Source: Octopus sinensis | Taxonomy: Eukaryota | Length of the DNA stretch: 64,000 bases | Direction of reading: 5' to 3' | Assembly (NCBI RefSeq): GCF_006345805.1 | Contig: NC_042999.1 | Location: 75,764,001-75,828,000 of the forward strand | Part shown: positions 12,943 through 25,699 of the stretch, piece after piece | How the letters are laid out: every line of letters begins with the position of its first letter | Position numbering within the stretch: position 1 is the first letter of the stretch | Program-made: the position numbers and the translations under genes | Notes under the pieces: model-generated | Databases searched by the model: none | Seen by the model: only the letters and a program-made list of their open reading frames with translations | What the model was told of the DNA's origin: nothing

Positions 12943-12946
<4 letters not shown>
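12773..12946. mobile_element. Palindromic MITE (~175 bp)
   Basis: taatttggacactatgaagcaccagctttgc ... gcaaagctggtgctttatagtacccaaatta. Complementarity continues inward. Confidence 0.7.
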
Positions 12947-12994
<48 letters not shown>

Positions 12995-13015
12995 ACACAC
13001 ACATATATATATATA

Positions 13016-14015
13016 TCAAGATTAATCAGCCGAAATTACTACGATGATCCGGTTCTTGACTGAAGACTGAGGGTTTCGAATGTCCTGTCCGTGTTTATTG
13101 TATCGTCTTCTTGAGTTATACGTTCTTGTCCATGTTGTATTTTTCTACATACCTTAACATATATTCCAGGCGCCACGTACCCTCTTAACATTAATGTGAG
13201 CACATATTCTTAATAACTGGTACGACTCTTTGTTTGTCTCTCTCTCTCTCTCTCACTTTTACTTGATCTGTCCTCTTCTCTCTCTACTCATCCTCTTTTT
13301 CTCTTCTCTTTCCTCTGATTCTTTGGTCTAATCTTCCACTACCCTCCTATTTCTTTGTCTCGCTCTGCACTCACAGGTCGCTCTCCGACACCCATCCCTT
13401 CTCCTCTCTGATTCCTTCTTTCTCTCTCTTCTCTCTCTTTGTTGCGTTTGTCCCTCCTTTCTCTCTCTCCTCTCTCTCTCTCGTCCGTTGCTTCTCTTTC
13501 TTTTCTTTTCTCTCTTCTCTGTCACGTGACTGCTGGCCGAAATCTGCCTTTCAGCTTCTGACCAGCGTCGTGTTAACATCGTTGTTTTTCGTCCGCCGCT
13601 ATAGGCATCGCCGATAAGGCTCCTTTCCTTGCGCCAGAGAAAAAATTTGTTTGCTTGTTATCAGTCGTAAGACACTTGTTGTTTTTTCACCGTTAATGCT
13701 TCTGTATTTCATGTTTCTGTATTCCATTATTTTTTTGTTTTTTTATATTCGTCCCTTTTGCTGTCCTGGTGTCCGTATGCATTCGATCCTTCTTCCAGGA
13801 AATCTACGCTCCCAGCTTAGTTTTTCTAATGCTCGTTGCTTAGTTTTTCTTGGAGGGCTGGCCGTGATCTAGTAATCTCAAGATTAATCAGCCGAAATTA
13901 CTACGATGATCCGGTTCTTGACTGAAGACTGAGGGTTTCGAATGTCCTGTCCGTGTTTATTGTATCGTCTTCTTGAGTTATACGTTCTTGTCCATGTTGT
14001 ATTTTTCTACATACC

Positions 14016-14019
<4 letters not shown>
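13016..14019. mobile_element. Non-coding element with identical 142-bp terminal direct repeats in (TA)n (pseudo-LTR/TRIM-like)
   Basis: 13016-13157 = 13878-14019. 720-bp CT-rich interior, (TA)n on both sides, no TG..CA ends. Confidence 0.75.
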
Positions 14020-14069
<50 letters not shown>

Positions 14070-15238
14070 ATATATATTTACCTATACGGTTTTATGCTTG
14101 CGGCCACCAATATTATTATTTCTTTTGAAAAATAATGTTATCATATTTATATATATATATATTATATATACCAAAGACAAGACGGCTTGAAACGAAATAT
14201 TGTAAAGAATTTACGCCTGGATTTTACAGTTTCTGCATCATCAGAGCTCTTAAACACCGTATCATGATTCTCTTTACTCTTTAGGAGTCGATAAACATGT
14301 ATTTATTTACAAAGTACTGAGATAGATATAATTGATTATACTCTACCCGCAAAATTTTAAAATCATTATTTTTCAGAGTGCTAGTCAAAATCTTAGGCTA
14401 GATCAAAACCATGTGAAGCTTCGAAGGAACCTGTTGAGTGTACCAAACCGGGTTTCGGGCAATAGATTTAATCCCTTGATAAGCTTAACATCATCATCAA
14501 GTCTTTTACTACATTGTCTACCCTGGTACAAACATTAGCACCAGAGTCCTATTTTAATTAGCTGTTTTAGTCCCTACTACCAGTGCCAGAGGCCCTGAAT
14601 GTGGTCAACGTCATTACTCTTACTCGTTTGACTAAACCATATAAAAACCTAGTAGGAATTTCAATTGACAGTGCCTTATTTGAAAATTCGTAGATCATGG
14701 AGTTAATGGATTAAGTGTATCCCATTATATGCCTTGTACTTATTAAATTGACTTCCAAAGATTATGATATGAGTACGGAGACAAATAAATCGGCCTCAGT
14801 ATTTCTCAAACATATTTTATTACTTAAACTTTATGCTATTTTCTAAAAGTCGTGGAATCCATACCTATATTCTATGGACAACACAACCACGAAATTTTTA
14901 TAAGACATTAAATGAAACAAAAACTGCTTTAAAACTAATAAAAAAAAATTATATAACTTATCCTGAAAATGAGTATCACTTTTTATTTAAAAAAATTTTA
15001 GTAAATTTTATTAAGAGATATTTTTTATAGTGGAGCCCGAATATTTTTTCATAGTACTCTAAAGTTCCACAGAACTGATTTTGGGAAACACAGCTATAAA
15101 TCTTTTGACAGGTACTCTAATGTTTCTGTTGCTCTAGGATTTGTAAAAGTCTCATATTTTAATAATTTAGAGTATCATTAAAAGATCACACACATTCTTA
15201 AAAATGCAGCCGATATAAATGAACGGTGATACAAATAT

Positions 15239-17504
15239 GACTGAAGTATTCAGTTCTTTAGGAATATGTTGGGGTTCCCACATCTTCAGGATGAGGGTGA
15301 AGATACAGGTTTGCAAGGGTAAGCCTCCATGTTTGATTATCTCAAACGGGATGTTATTTGGGTCTGGAGACTCCCTTGGTCTCATTTGCATCAGAGTTTG
15401 TTTGAATTCGTGAAAAGTAGGCTGAGGAGGAAGATTTGGACTGTTTCTCAGGAAGTTCTCAGCTGTGTTCGAATTTCTATTTAGGAAGGTGAGAAAATAT
15501 TCCTTCCAGTGTATGGGTATGTCATGTGGATCGGTCAGGATACTTGTATTGTCAGTCGCTGGAAGGGATCCAGTTGATGGTCGTACTGGTCCAAATAGTT
15601 GTTCCGTTCCAGCATAGAAACTTCTAAGGTCACGTGCATCTGCATAACTCTGAAACTCGACTGCTATTTTTTGCCACCAAATGTTCTGCTGTTCTTAGTT
15701 TTGCTTGTTCCTGTTTTAGCTTCTGGAAATTCTTCTTTTTGAGTCTGGACCATCGGTCTCGTTCGTGAGCCAGTCGAGCAATCTACTTTTGTTTCAATCA
15801 GGTTGCTGATTTCAATGTTGTTTTTGTCAAATCAGCCCTAATTTTTCGTCTTAGTTAAACTGGTGATAGTGTTTGTTGTTTCTGCGACTATGTCGCAAAT
15901 GTTTCTCCTTTCATCATCTATAGATTGGTCGTTGATCGAAAAGCCTGTGGGAACTATAGAGGAATATCTTTACTTTCTATCATAAGAAAGGTCATTGCCA
16001 GCATTCTTCTAAATCAGCTTCAGACCATCACCGAAAAGATCTTACCAGAATCTCAATGTGGATTCCGTGCCTCTCGCCGTACTTTTGACATGATTTTCTG
16101 TGCAATTCCAAGATAAAAGCAGGGAACAATAAAAACCGATTTTTCTTGTTTTCTATTACTTAGAAAAGACCTTTGATAGCGTTCCAAGAGCTGCTATGAA
16201 GAAGGTTCTTCATCGTTTTGGATGTCCTGATCACTTTATTTCTCTGGTTCACGCAATTCATGACAATATGTCTGGATGTGTATTCCACCAAAACTTGCTG
16301 TTAGAAGAATTTACAATCACGTGCGGACTAAAATAAGGTTGTGTCTTTGTACCTACGCTATTCTCCCCGTATCTAGCTGAAATGCTTCCTGAAGTTCCTC
16401 CAGACAATCCAGGAGTTGGCATCTGATATCGATATAGTGGAGGACTTTTCACTTTTAGCAGGCTTCGGTCTAAACATCTAACACACATGCAACAAAGCAA
16501 CCCATCTCAGAACTTCAATATTTGATGACAATGCTGCCCTCTGTCATACCAAAGAACTCAAACAGTTCGTGAACAACATTGCTATGGCCTACCACTGATT
16601 TGGCCTTACAGTAAACATCAAGCAAACCTCAGGTTCTTGCACAACGAGCCCCAAATGCCATCTTACTAGATCTTGATGTTACCAACTTTGATACACCTCT
16701 CAGAAAAGTAGAACATTTTCCATATCTAAGCAGTCTTTTATCAAAACAAGTGCACCTCAGAAAATGATGTGCAACACAGAATTGGAGCTGCACACAGGAC
16801 ACTTTTGGAAAGTTAACTAAAGGAGTCATCAACAAGAAGGATCTTTAAACAACAAAAATTATGGTTTATAATGCTGTTGTCATTTGAACCTTGCTATATG
16901 GCAGCGAAATCTGGACTTTTTATCGTCGCAACATCTAAAAGCGCTTTCACCAACAAAAGCTTCGTTCAATCTTGAGCATCAAATGAGAACACTATGTGAC
17001 CAACAGCAAAGTCTTACAAAGAGCCAGTAATCAAAGTATCGAATCGTCGATCATGAAACTTTGTCTTCGATGGTCAGGACTTGTAGCAAGAATGGAAAAG
17101 TCAAGGTTCCCACGCCAAGAATCATTTAGTGAGCTCACTTCAGGAACAGAACCACGACATTGAGCTCTTCAACGATATAAAGACCAACTCAAAGCAACAC
17201 TGAAAGTCGCTGGAATTGAACCTATATCGTTTGAAACACAAACCCGAAACTGTACCAAGTGGCGTTGTTCCACCACAACCGGAACCAAAAATTCCAAAGC
17301 CACCAAAAGAGAAAATAAAGAAATCAAACGAGAGGAGAGAGAGGCTCGAAAAAATCAAATTCATCCTCCACCAATATTACCATGCAGTCAATGCCATCGA
17401 CGTTTCTATAAAAGAATTGGTCTACAGAGTCATCAACAGCATCACTGTAAAAGACGTTTTCAGCGAAGAAAATAAATACTCGGATACGCGATAAAACCGA
17501 AGAC
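15239..17504 (+). mobile_element. RTE-clade LINE, decayed, 5'-truncated with inverted 5' segment
   Basis: Plus 15925-17500 encodes RT remnants (CGNYRGISLLS, LPESQCGFR, FPYLSS). Minus 15920-15239 encodes the immediately upstream part (SPDPNNIPFEIIKHGG...IPKELN). Probable 17-bp TSD at 15222-15238 and 17505-17521 (15/17 match). Confidence 0.85.
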
Positions 17505-17943
17505 AACGGCGATACAGATATAGCTCACTAAAAGACACTAAATTATTTTTGTTGTATCGTTTTGTTGACCGTAATTTATTTAAAGCAAAGTTGGTTCTTG
17601 AAGAAAGTTTCTGCCACAGTATTTTAATAGTACTTATTTTATCAATCGCCATCCCCTCAAAAAATACCAGAAAAAAATTAAACAGTGTAAAAAATATGAA
17701 TCAAAGGTAAACCTTGGTGAATAACAAATTTAATGCATACATTTGTGTGTACATGTCATTATTTTAGAAAACTGGACAATCTTTCGATTAGCTGTACATG
17801 AAAAGTGAAAGTCTTTCTTCGGTAATTTCCTATTTTTTTTATTTATTTAATTTGATTTTCAGATGAATTGTTTATGTTTATGCATTATTGTGTTGATGTG
17901 CTTATATATGCGTGTATGTATTCATGTATGTATGTATGTGTGT

Positions 17944-18322
17944 GGAGGCGCAATGGCCCAGTGGTTAGGGCAGCGGACTCGCGGTCATAGGATCGCGGTT
18001 TCGATTCCCAGACCGGGCGTTGTGAGTGTTTATTGAGCGAAAACACCTAAAAAGCTCCACGACGCTCCGGCAGGGATGGTGGTGATCCCTGCTGTACTCT
18101 TTCACCACAACTTTCTCTCACTCTTACTTCCTGTTTCTGTTGTACCTGTATTTCAAAGGGCCGGCCTTGTCACTCCCTGTGTCACGCTGAATATCTCCGA
18201 GAACTACGTTAAGGGTACACGTGTCTGTGGAGTGCTCAGCCACTTACACGTTAATTTCACGAGCAGGCTGTTCCGTTGATCGGATCAACCGGAACCCTCA
18301 TCGTCGTTACCGACGGAGTGCT
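17944..18322 (+). mobile_element. tRNA-derived SINE (family B)
   Basis: A box tggcccagtgg and B box ggtttcgattcc; body shared with 19270-19615 and 58697-59022. Confidence 0.85.
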
Positions 18323-18896
18323 TCCATCCCCATGTATGTATGTGTGTATGTATGTATGTATGTATGTATGTATGCATGTATGTATGTATGTATGTATGTA
18401 TGCATGCATGCATGTATGTATATGTTTGAGTTTATGTGCATGTACGTAAATTTTCGTATGTATGTGTATATACGCGTATAATTGAGTATACACATATACG
18501 AATACACATACATATACAATACTTACATACACAACTATACATAAATATACACATAACACGTAATATATACGCAAAAATTGTATAAGCGTAAATGATTCAG
18601 CTGAAAGAAATAAAGAACTTTTACGAAAATTGTCGAAGAAAGACACACATTTTGTATACGGCTATCGAAAGATTGCTGAATTTTGAATTAAACGTGGCGC
18701 TTTACAACCATACATACGTGAGACTTATTATCTATCTTTAAATTGTCAGCGAGAAAGGGATTTAGAGCATAATTTTTACAAATTACAGTATCTAAATTAA
18801 ATGTAACTTTTATTTTTACTGTGAATGTTTATCCCACACGAAATTGAGACTGTTTTTCATTTCATGATTAATGAATGAAAATCTCTGTCCTCTTCT

Positions 18897-18947
<51 letters not shown>

Positions 18948-19269
18948 CATCTCCCCACTCTCTATGTCTCTCACTATATATACGTAGTGGTAATACTCAT
19001 TAGGTTATTTTTGTATTATCTGAAATAGAATACCCGCATATTGATTAATACCCAAAAATTGAATATTGGCTTTTATCGGAAATACTTTGTATATTTATAG
19101 ATAAATATATAAATATTCGATAAATAAGACCCCCAAAGTATGATATGTAGATGCATATAACGCTGTAGGGTTGCACCTGATTGATTTAAAAATTTGTTTT
19201 CACAAATTATATATATATATATATATATATTATATATGTATGTGTGTGTGTGTATCGTGACACTCCCTC

Positions 19270-19615
19270 ATTTACGACGAGTGTTCCAGCTAATCCAATC
19301 AACGGAACAACCTGCTCGTGAAATTAACGTGCAAGTGGCTGAGCACTCCACAGACACGTGTACCTTTAACGTAGTTCTGTGGGAGATTCAGCGTGACTCA
19401 CAGTGTGATAAGGCCGGCCATTTGAAAAGCAGGTACAACAGAAACAGGAAGAGAGAGTGAAAGAAAGCTGTGGCGAAGGAGTACAGCAGGGTTCGCTACC
19501 ACCCCCTGCCGGAGGATCGTGGAGTTTTAGGTGTTTTCGTTTAATACTCACAACGCCCGGTCTGGGAATCGAAACTGCGAGTCCACTACCCTAACCACTA
19601 GGCCATTGCGCCTCT
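19270..19615 (-). mobile_element. tRNA-derived SINE (family B)
   Basis: Reverse-complement homolog of 17944-18322. Confidence 0.8.
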
Positions 19616-19617
19616 AC

Positions 19618-19695
<78 letters not shown>

Positions 19696-19703
19696 CGTGT
19701 GTA

Positions 19704-20563
19704 TTGGGTCATCCCATAAATAATGCGATATTATACTTCTTTTATATTTCAAAACTAGGATAAGCAAAGTCTTTTTTAAATCGAAAATATGCTCTCATTA
19801 TCTACAATGTTCTTCTATATATCTGGTAGATTTGCAAGGCCATCTTCCAAATTTCACTTGTCCGCGATGAAAAATACTCCTCCGGTACTGTTCTGATCTC
19901 GTCTACAGAATTCATATTTTTTTCGTCCAAATGATTTTGAAGACTACGGAATAAATGATAATCAGATTGGGCAATGTCTGGCGAATATGGTTGATGAGTC
20001 ATCATTTCCCATTGAAACTACTCTAGCTTTTGGAATGTCATCCTCGCCGTATTTGTCCGAGCATTATCCTGATGGAAGAACACTTTTGATCTTGAAACCA
20101 AAGATGTTCATTTTTCTTTTAGCGCTGACTTAATCAGCTCAAACTACTCGCAGTAGATCTTTATTATCGTTTGATTTGAGTTTGAAAGTTCAAAGTGAAC
20201 TAAACCTTTCATATTCCACCAAACAGGTAACAAGTTCTTTAGCCTCGGGTGCCGGTAATTTTCCTTTTCCTACCCGCTGTCTTCGGCACTTGACATTTTT
20301 ATAAAAACCCATTTTCTCGTTACTGGCCGAAACAGGTTCATTCATGAGACAACAAATAAGAGCACACATTCACTCTCTACGCGCGGTTAGACTGCAATTT
20401 GCTGACTTATCCGATGGCACGGAGGTGTCGATGAATGGTTGAATGACCAAACCCAAGCTTCTCTGCTAGTTCATCAGCAGTTGCAATGGGATTTTGTTCC
20501 ACCAGAGTTTGCAGGACGTCCTCTTCCAATTGAAAATATCCGCATTATTTATGGAATGACCTA
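19704..20563 (-). mobile_element. mariner transposon, internally deleted/decayed
   Basis: TIRs ggtcatcccataaataatgcg / cgcattatttatggaatgacc with TA flanks. Transposase remnant HQPYSPDIAQSDYHLFRSLQNHL (mariner YSPDLAPSDY motif). Confidence 0.9.
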
Positions 20564-20617
20564 TATATATATATAAATCTACATACATATACACGTGTAT
20601 ATATAATATATATATAT

Positions 20618-20667
<50 letters not shown>

Positions 20668-20697
20668 GCGAGAAAGAAGCAACAAGAATGGATAGGT

Positions 20698-20788
20698 TTT
20701 TAGTACAATCGTTTCATACAAGGACAGGCTTTATTAAAAGTTGTAAAAATTACAGCATATAAACGTGTCCCGTACTCATCAGCTAAAA
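20698..20788 (-). ncRNA. Type I hammerhead ribozyme (inverted copy, sense to the P450 pre-mRNA)
   Basis: Reverse complement of 20868-20958. Confidence 0.8.
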
Positions 20789-20867
20789 TACATGTGAGTA
20801 CTTAATTATCTACATTACTTCATGAGTATAGCCTCAACCACTAGGATGTCTAGAGAACTCACATGTA

Positions 20868-20958
20868 TTTTAGCTGATGAGTACGGGACACGTTTATATG
20901 CTGTAATTTTTACAACTTTTAATAAAGCCTGTCCTTGTATGAAACGATTGTACTAAAA
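20868..20958 (+). ncRNA. Type I hammerhead ribozyme, canonical core, long stem II
   Basis: UUUUAG-[CUGAUGA]-GUACGGGACA...UGUCCUUGUAU-[GAAA]-CGAUU-GUA^-CUAAAA. Stem I 6 bp, stem III ACGAUUGU self-complementary with G.U pairs. Predicted cleavage after 20952. Confidence 0.8.
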
Positions 20959-21126
20959 ACCTATCCATTCTTGTTGCTTCTTTCTCGCTTATAATCACCC
21001 CACATTACTGTATTGTTAAAACAGTATAGTTTTTTTTGGTGCATCTAAGTTAGGTACCATATTCAAGTAAATTCATTTAAATTAACTTGAATCTTTATTG
21101 CTTTTTGAATATATATATATATATAG

Positions 21127-21158
<32 letters not shown>

Positions 21159-21172
21159 TATATAATATATAT

Positions 21173-21332
21173 AGGCGCAGGCGTGGCTGTGTGGTAAATA
21201 GGTTCTTACTAACCACATGGTTCCGGGTTCAGATCCCCGCGTGGCACCTTGGGTAAGTGTCTTCTATTAAAGTCTCGGGCCGACCAAAGCCTTGTGAGTG
21301 GATTTGATAGACGGAAACTGAAAGAAGCCAGT

Positions 21333-21430
<98 letters not shown>

Positions 21431-21619
21431 TGCGTTTGTCCCCCACCATTGCTTGACAACCGATGCTGGTGTGTTTACGTCCCCGTAACTTAGCGGTTCA
21501 GCAAAGAGACCGATAGAATAAGTATTATGCTTATAAAAAATAAGTTCTGGGGTCGATTTGTTCGACTAAAGGCGGTACTCCAGCATGGCCACAGTCAAAT
21601 GACTGAAACAAATAAAAGA

Positions 21620-21620
<1 letters not shown>
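21173..21620 (+). mobile_element. SINE family C with internal microsatellite
   Basis: ggcgcaggcgtggctgtgtggtaa...ggttccgggttcag head. Homologous to 63445-63915 and to 46128-46480 (minus). Confidence 0.8.
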
Positions 21621-21664
<44 letters not shown>

Positions 21665-22415
21665 AACGATTGTGGCGGGATTTGAGCGCCAAATGTAAGG
21701 GTGCATAATTAACTAAAAACAGAAAAAGCATTTCCCCAACCACTCCACGGATTATAGCAACCAGCTGCATCAAGTACAACTGTTAATTATAATACAGATA
21801 ATAACAAAAGGTAGTCTAGTCATTCGCACATCATTTCTAAATGAAATTGTTGAAACAATTGAAAACATTTATAGAGAATCTAATTACATTCCTCATACAT
21901 ATAAACTGACATGGACGTAGGAACATATTGAAATAGGATGTATACATACATACATACATACATACATACATACATACATACATACATACATACATACATA
22001 CATACATACATAGTCTCATTCATGCACAGCACCTACACAATCACGCAAGCGCACACGTGCACAAGGAGACAGTCATACAAACATAGATATACGCACATGT
22101 GAATAATGGAGTTGGGGTTAGAGGGGAAAATGAATAAGTTAAGTAAGTACAAAAGAGTTGAAAAATGAAACTGAAAGAATGAATATTATTGTAAAGTGTT
22201 ACATTAATTGCTAACCTCTGCTAAAGGTACAAGAAAAAGCAGTGAATGAAAAGCCTTACTACCAGCCGAACCGAGCTAACAATAGGCCAGTGACACAAGC
22301 GTAATTCAACAGAATACACTAAATTTACAGGACAGAAACACACACCTATACATACACACAATATCATAAATCCATACATACAGTAATATATTCAAGCACA
22401 CACACACACATAGAT

Positions 22416-22460
<45 letters not shown>

Positions 22461-22556
22461 AACATGCACATATTAAATGTATACGTATATGTATATGGAT
22501 GGGTGTATATAATATACGTGTCTATACATACACACACATATATACGTGTATGTATG

Positions 22557-22599
<43 letters not shown>

Positions 22600-22844
22600 T
22601 TTGTGTGTGTGTGTTTGTGCGATTGTGTGTATATGTGCATGTATATATTTATGTATTCATCTATTGACATACGATTGTGCGCTTGGTGTGTTTGCCTGTG
22701 CGAGCGTTTGTGTGTGAGACTTCCAGATAAGTATGTGTACAAAGGTCTTAATCTTAAGCAAACTAACAGAACTGTACCCTATGCCTGAGAGCCAGAATAT
22801 GTGGAGGCGTTTAAGGCAGGTTTCAGTTATCATTATCGCCACAG

Positions 22845-23186
22845 TTGTCATTGTTGTTGATGTTTAAGTTGACGATGATGACAACAATGACGATGACGAC
22901 AACGACGGCGACGACGATGGTAAAGATGGTGATGATGATGATGACGAGGAGGAGGAGGATGTGGATGATGGGTGACAGTGGTGGCCTTCTTGTTGATGTT
23001 AGTGTCTTTCGTAGTCGTAATGGTGGTGGTAGTGTCGGTGGTGTCGGTGGTGACCTTGTTGCTGCCGGTGATTGATGATTTACGATGGTGATGATGACTG
23101 ATGATTTATGATGGTGATGATGAAGTTAACGACATCCATAATGATTGCGATTAAGGGGATTACGATGACGACGATGAAAGTTGACA

Positions 23187-23233
<47 letters not shown>

Positions 23234-23738
23234 TGGTAGTAGTAGTGATGGTGGTGGTAGTGGTTGAAGTGGTGGTAGTGGCCTTGGGGTGGCGGTGGCT
23301 GTGGTGGTGGTGGTTGTTGTTGTGGTGGTAGTGTTGGTGGTGGCAGTGGTGGAGCTGGTGGTGGCTGTGGTGGTGCTATTGGTGGTGGCTGTTGTGGTGC
23401 TGGTTGTGGTGGCTGTTGTGGTGCTGGTTGTGGTGGCTGTTGTGGTGCTGGTTGTGGTGGCTGTTGTGGTGCTGGTTGTGGCTGTGGTGGCGCTGGTGGT
23501 GGCTGAGATGTCGGTGGAGGTGGTGGTGGTAGTGCTGCTGCTGCTGCTGCTGCTGCTGGTGGCGACCTTGTTGCTGCCGGTGATTGAAATGGGAGTAACA
23601 GTGGCGGCAGGGAAAACGGTGATGACGATGACAACGAAGACGACGATGACTGGTGATTTATGATGGTGATGATGAAGTCAACGACGTCCATAATGATGGC
23701 GATTAAGGTGATTACGATGACGAACATGAAAGCTGACA

Positions 23739-23779
<41 letters not shown>

Positions 23780-23920
23780 CAATGCGGGTGGTGGAGATGG
23801 TGCTGGTGCTGGTGCTGATGCTGGTGGTGGCTGTGGTGATGGTGGTGGTGGTGCCTGTGGTAGTGCTGGTGGCGACCATGGCAATGGTGGTGACCTTGGT
23901 GGTGGTGGTGGTGGTGGTGG
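22845..23920. repeat. Compound trinucleotide low-complexity tract (GAT/GGT/GCT/TAG) with 24-bp minisatellite and internal duplication
   Basis: ggtggctgttgtggtgctggttgt repeated about 4 times at 23385-23480. 23050-23230 resembles 23565-23780. Confidence 0.85.
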
Positions 23921-24107
23921 TAGAGAAAAGCACGCCTTAACGATGCCGTAAACCACAACTACTCTGACAAACAAATAAAGTCGCCTCTCCGTGGACTCTC
24001 GGACTACTAGAAATAGCAACTCATTAAAATTTCCCTCAAATTACACCTAACTGTTTGTAAGACAAGGAATGACGGATTAGATGATGTAGCTCGTAGAACA
24101 CAATCTC

Positions 24108-24610
24108 ATTTAAAAAGATGGAATGACCATGGTCGGAATATCACTGATCGTTTGTCTGCTGACTGCAACGTAATCGTTGACGACTGAAACCAGCAGTTAA
24201 ACAGCTGAAACAGAAGAAAAAGCACCCGACGCGCACTTCCTCATATTTCCTCGATCTGCTAGAAATAGCAGCCAAACCTTTTTTTATTATATATAATTGC
24301 CCTAAGTATAGAATATATAATCTAATACAATATAGCTTTCAACAGGCAGACATAAGGGATGCACATTTAAAAAGATGAAATGGCCATGGTTGGAAAATCA
24401 CTGATCGTTTGTCTGCTGACGGCAAAAGAATCGTTGACGATCGAAACCAGAAGCAGTAAAACAGTAAAACAACTGAAACAGAAGAAAAAGCATTCGACGC
24501 GCACTTCTTCATATTTCCTCGATCTGCTAGAAATAGCAGTCAAACATTTTTTTTTATCGCCCTAAGTATAGAATATATAATCTAATGCAATATTGTTTTC
24601 AACAGACAAA
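24108..24610. repeat. Diverged ~255-bp tandem duplication
   Basis: catttaaaaagatg...gcgcacttcc...ctaagtatagaatatataatctaat...tttcaacag occurs at ~24108-24350 and ~24365-24610. Confidence 0.8.
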
Positions 24611-24689
24611 CATATCAGAAACACCTTTCATATTTGATCAGAGCAAACCAAGGGTTAAACCATAACATCATTGCAAGCAACAATCCTTT

Positions 24690-25606
24690 CTACTGGAAGC
24701 ACGAGGTCTCAAATGTTGGGAGGGGGCGGGGAGGAGATTAGTCGGTTACATCGAGTCCAGTACTCAAATGGTCCTTAATTTTTCGACCCCGAAAGGAATA
24801 AAGGCAAAGTCGACCCCGAAATTTGAACTCAGAACGTAGCAACGGGCAAAATACCGCTAAGCATTTCACCCGGAGTGCTAACGATTCTACCAGCTCGCCG
24901 CCTTCATTATAAGCAACAATAACGACAGTAATAATGGTCTCTAACAGCCAGAACAAATACTGCAAGGCATTTTCCTTGACTCTCTAACAATCCTGCTAAT
25001 TCACAACTTTAATAATGATAATGATAAGTTTTTCTGCTATAGGCACAAGATCTGAAATTTAAGGGGAGAGGTTATTCTATTACATCGACTCCGGTGTTCA
25101 ACTTGTTCATTTTATCGATCCCTGAAGGATGAAAGCCAAAGACTACCTCAGCAGAATTTGAACTCACAATGACGAAATAACGTTAAATATTTTGCCCGTC
25201 GTGCTAACAATTCTGCCAGCTCACCGCCTTAACAATCCTTACTACTATAGACTCAATGCCTGAAATTTTGCGGGAGGATGCTAGTCGATTACATTGAATC
25301 CAGTACTCAAATGGTACCTCATTTTATCGACTTCCAAAAGATCAAAGATAAAGTAGACATCGGTAGGATAAACAACAACAACAACGGTAATAATGGTTTC
25401 AAATTTTGGCACAAGGCCAGTAAGTTCGGGGAAGGGGTAAGTCGTTTAGATCGACCCTAGTGGTCAACTACTTAATTTATCGACCTCAAAAGGATGAAAA
25501 GCAAAAGTCGACCTCGGCGGAATTTAAACTCAGAGCGTCAAGACGGACGAAATGCTGCTAAGCATTTTGCCCGACGTGCTAACGATTCTGTCAGTGCGCC
25601 GCCTTA
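24690..25606 (-). mobile_element. Cluster of about four family A SINEs
   Basis: Repeated gattacatcga...gaaaggatgaaaggcaaagtcgac...aatttgaactcag...cgccgcctta units separated by AAT/AAC repeats. Confidence 0.75.
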
Positions 25607-25699
25607 ATAATAATAACAACAACAACAACAATAATAATAATAATGATAATAATAATAATAATAATAATAATATAATAATAATAATAATAATAATAATAA

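Larger units (their letters stand above)
20668..21108. mobile_element. Non-autonomous Penelope-like element with 132-bp inverted repeat in (TA)n
   Basis: 20668-20799 is the reverse complement of 20857-20988 (57-nt spacer). The right copy extends ~120 nt further. (TA)n on both sides. Confidence 0.8.

Noticed and set aside
14215-14250. CUGAUGA-UGCA-GAAA on the minus strand
   Set aside because: Stem II is only 4 nt and there is no stem I complementarity; chance match.
17944-18020. Functional tRNA gene
   Set aside because: A/B boxes are present but it continues into a repeated SINE body with no clean acceptor stem; treated as a SINE head.
23080-23958. 292-aa His/Tyr/Pro-rich ORF and overlapping ORFs
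   Set aside because: Built from trinucleotide microsatellites and a 24-bp minisatellite, open in several frames for that reason, and lies in the P450 intron with no splice or domain support.
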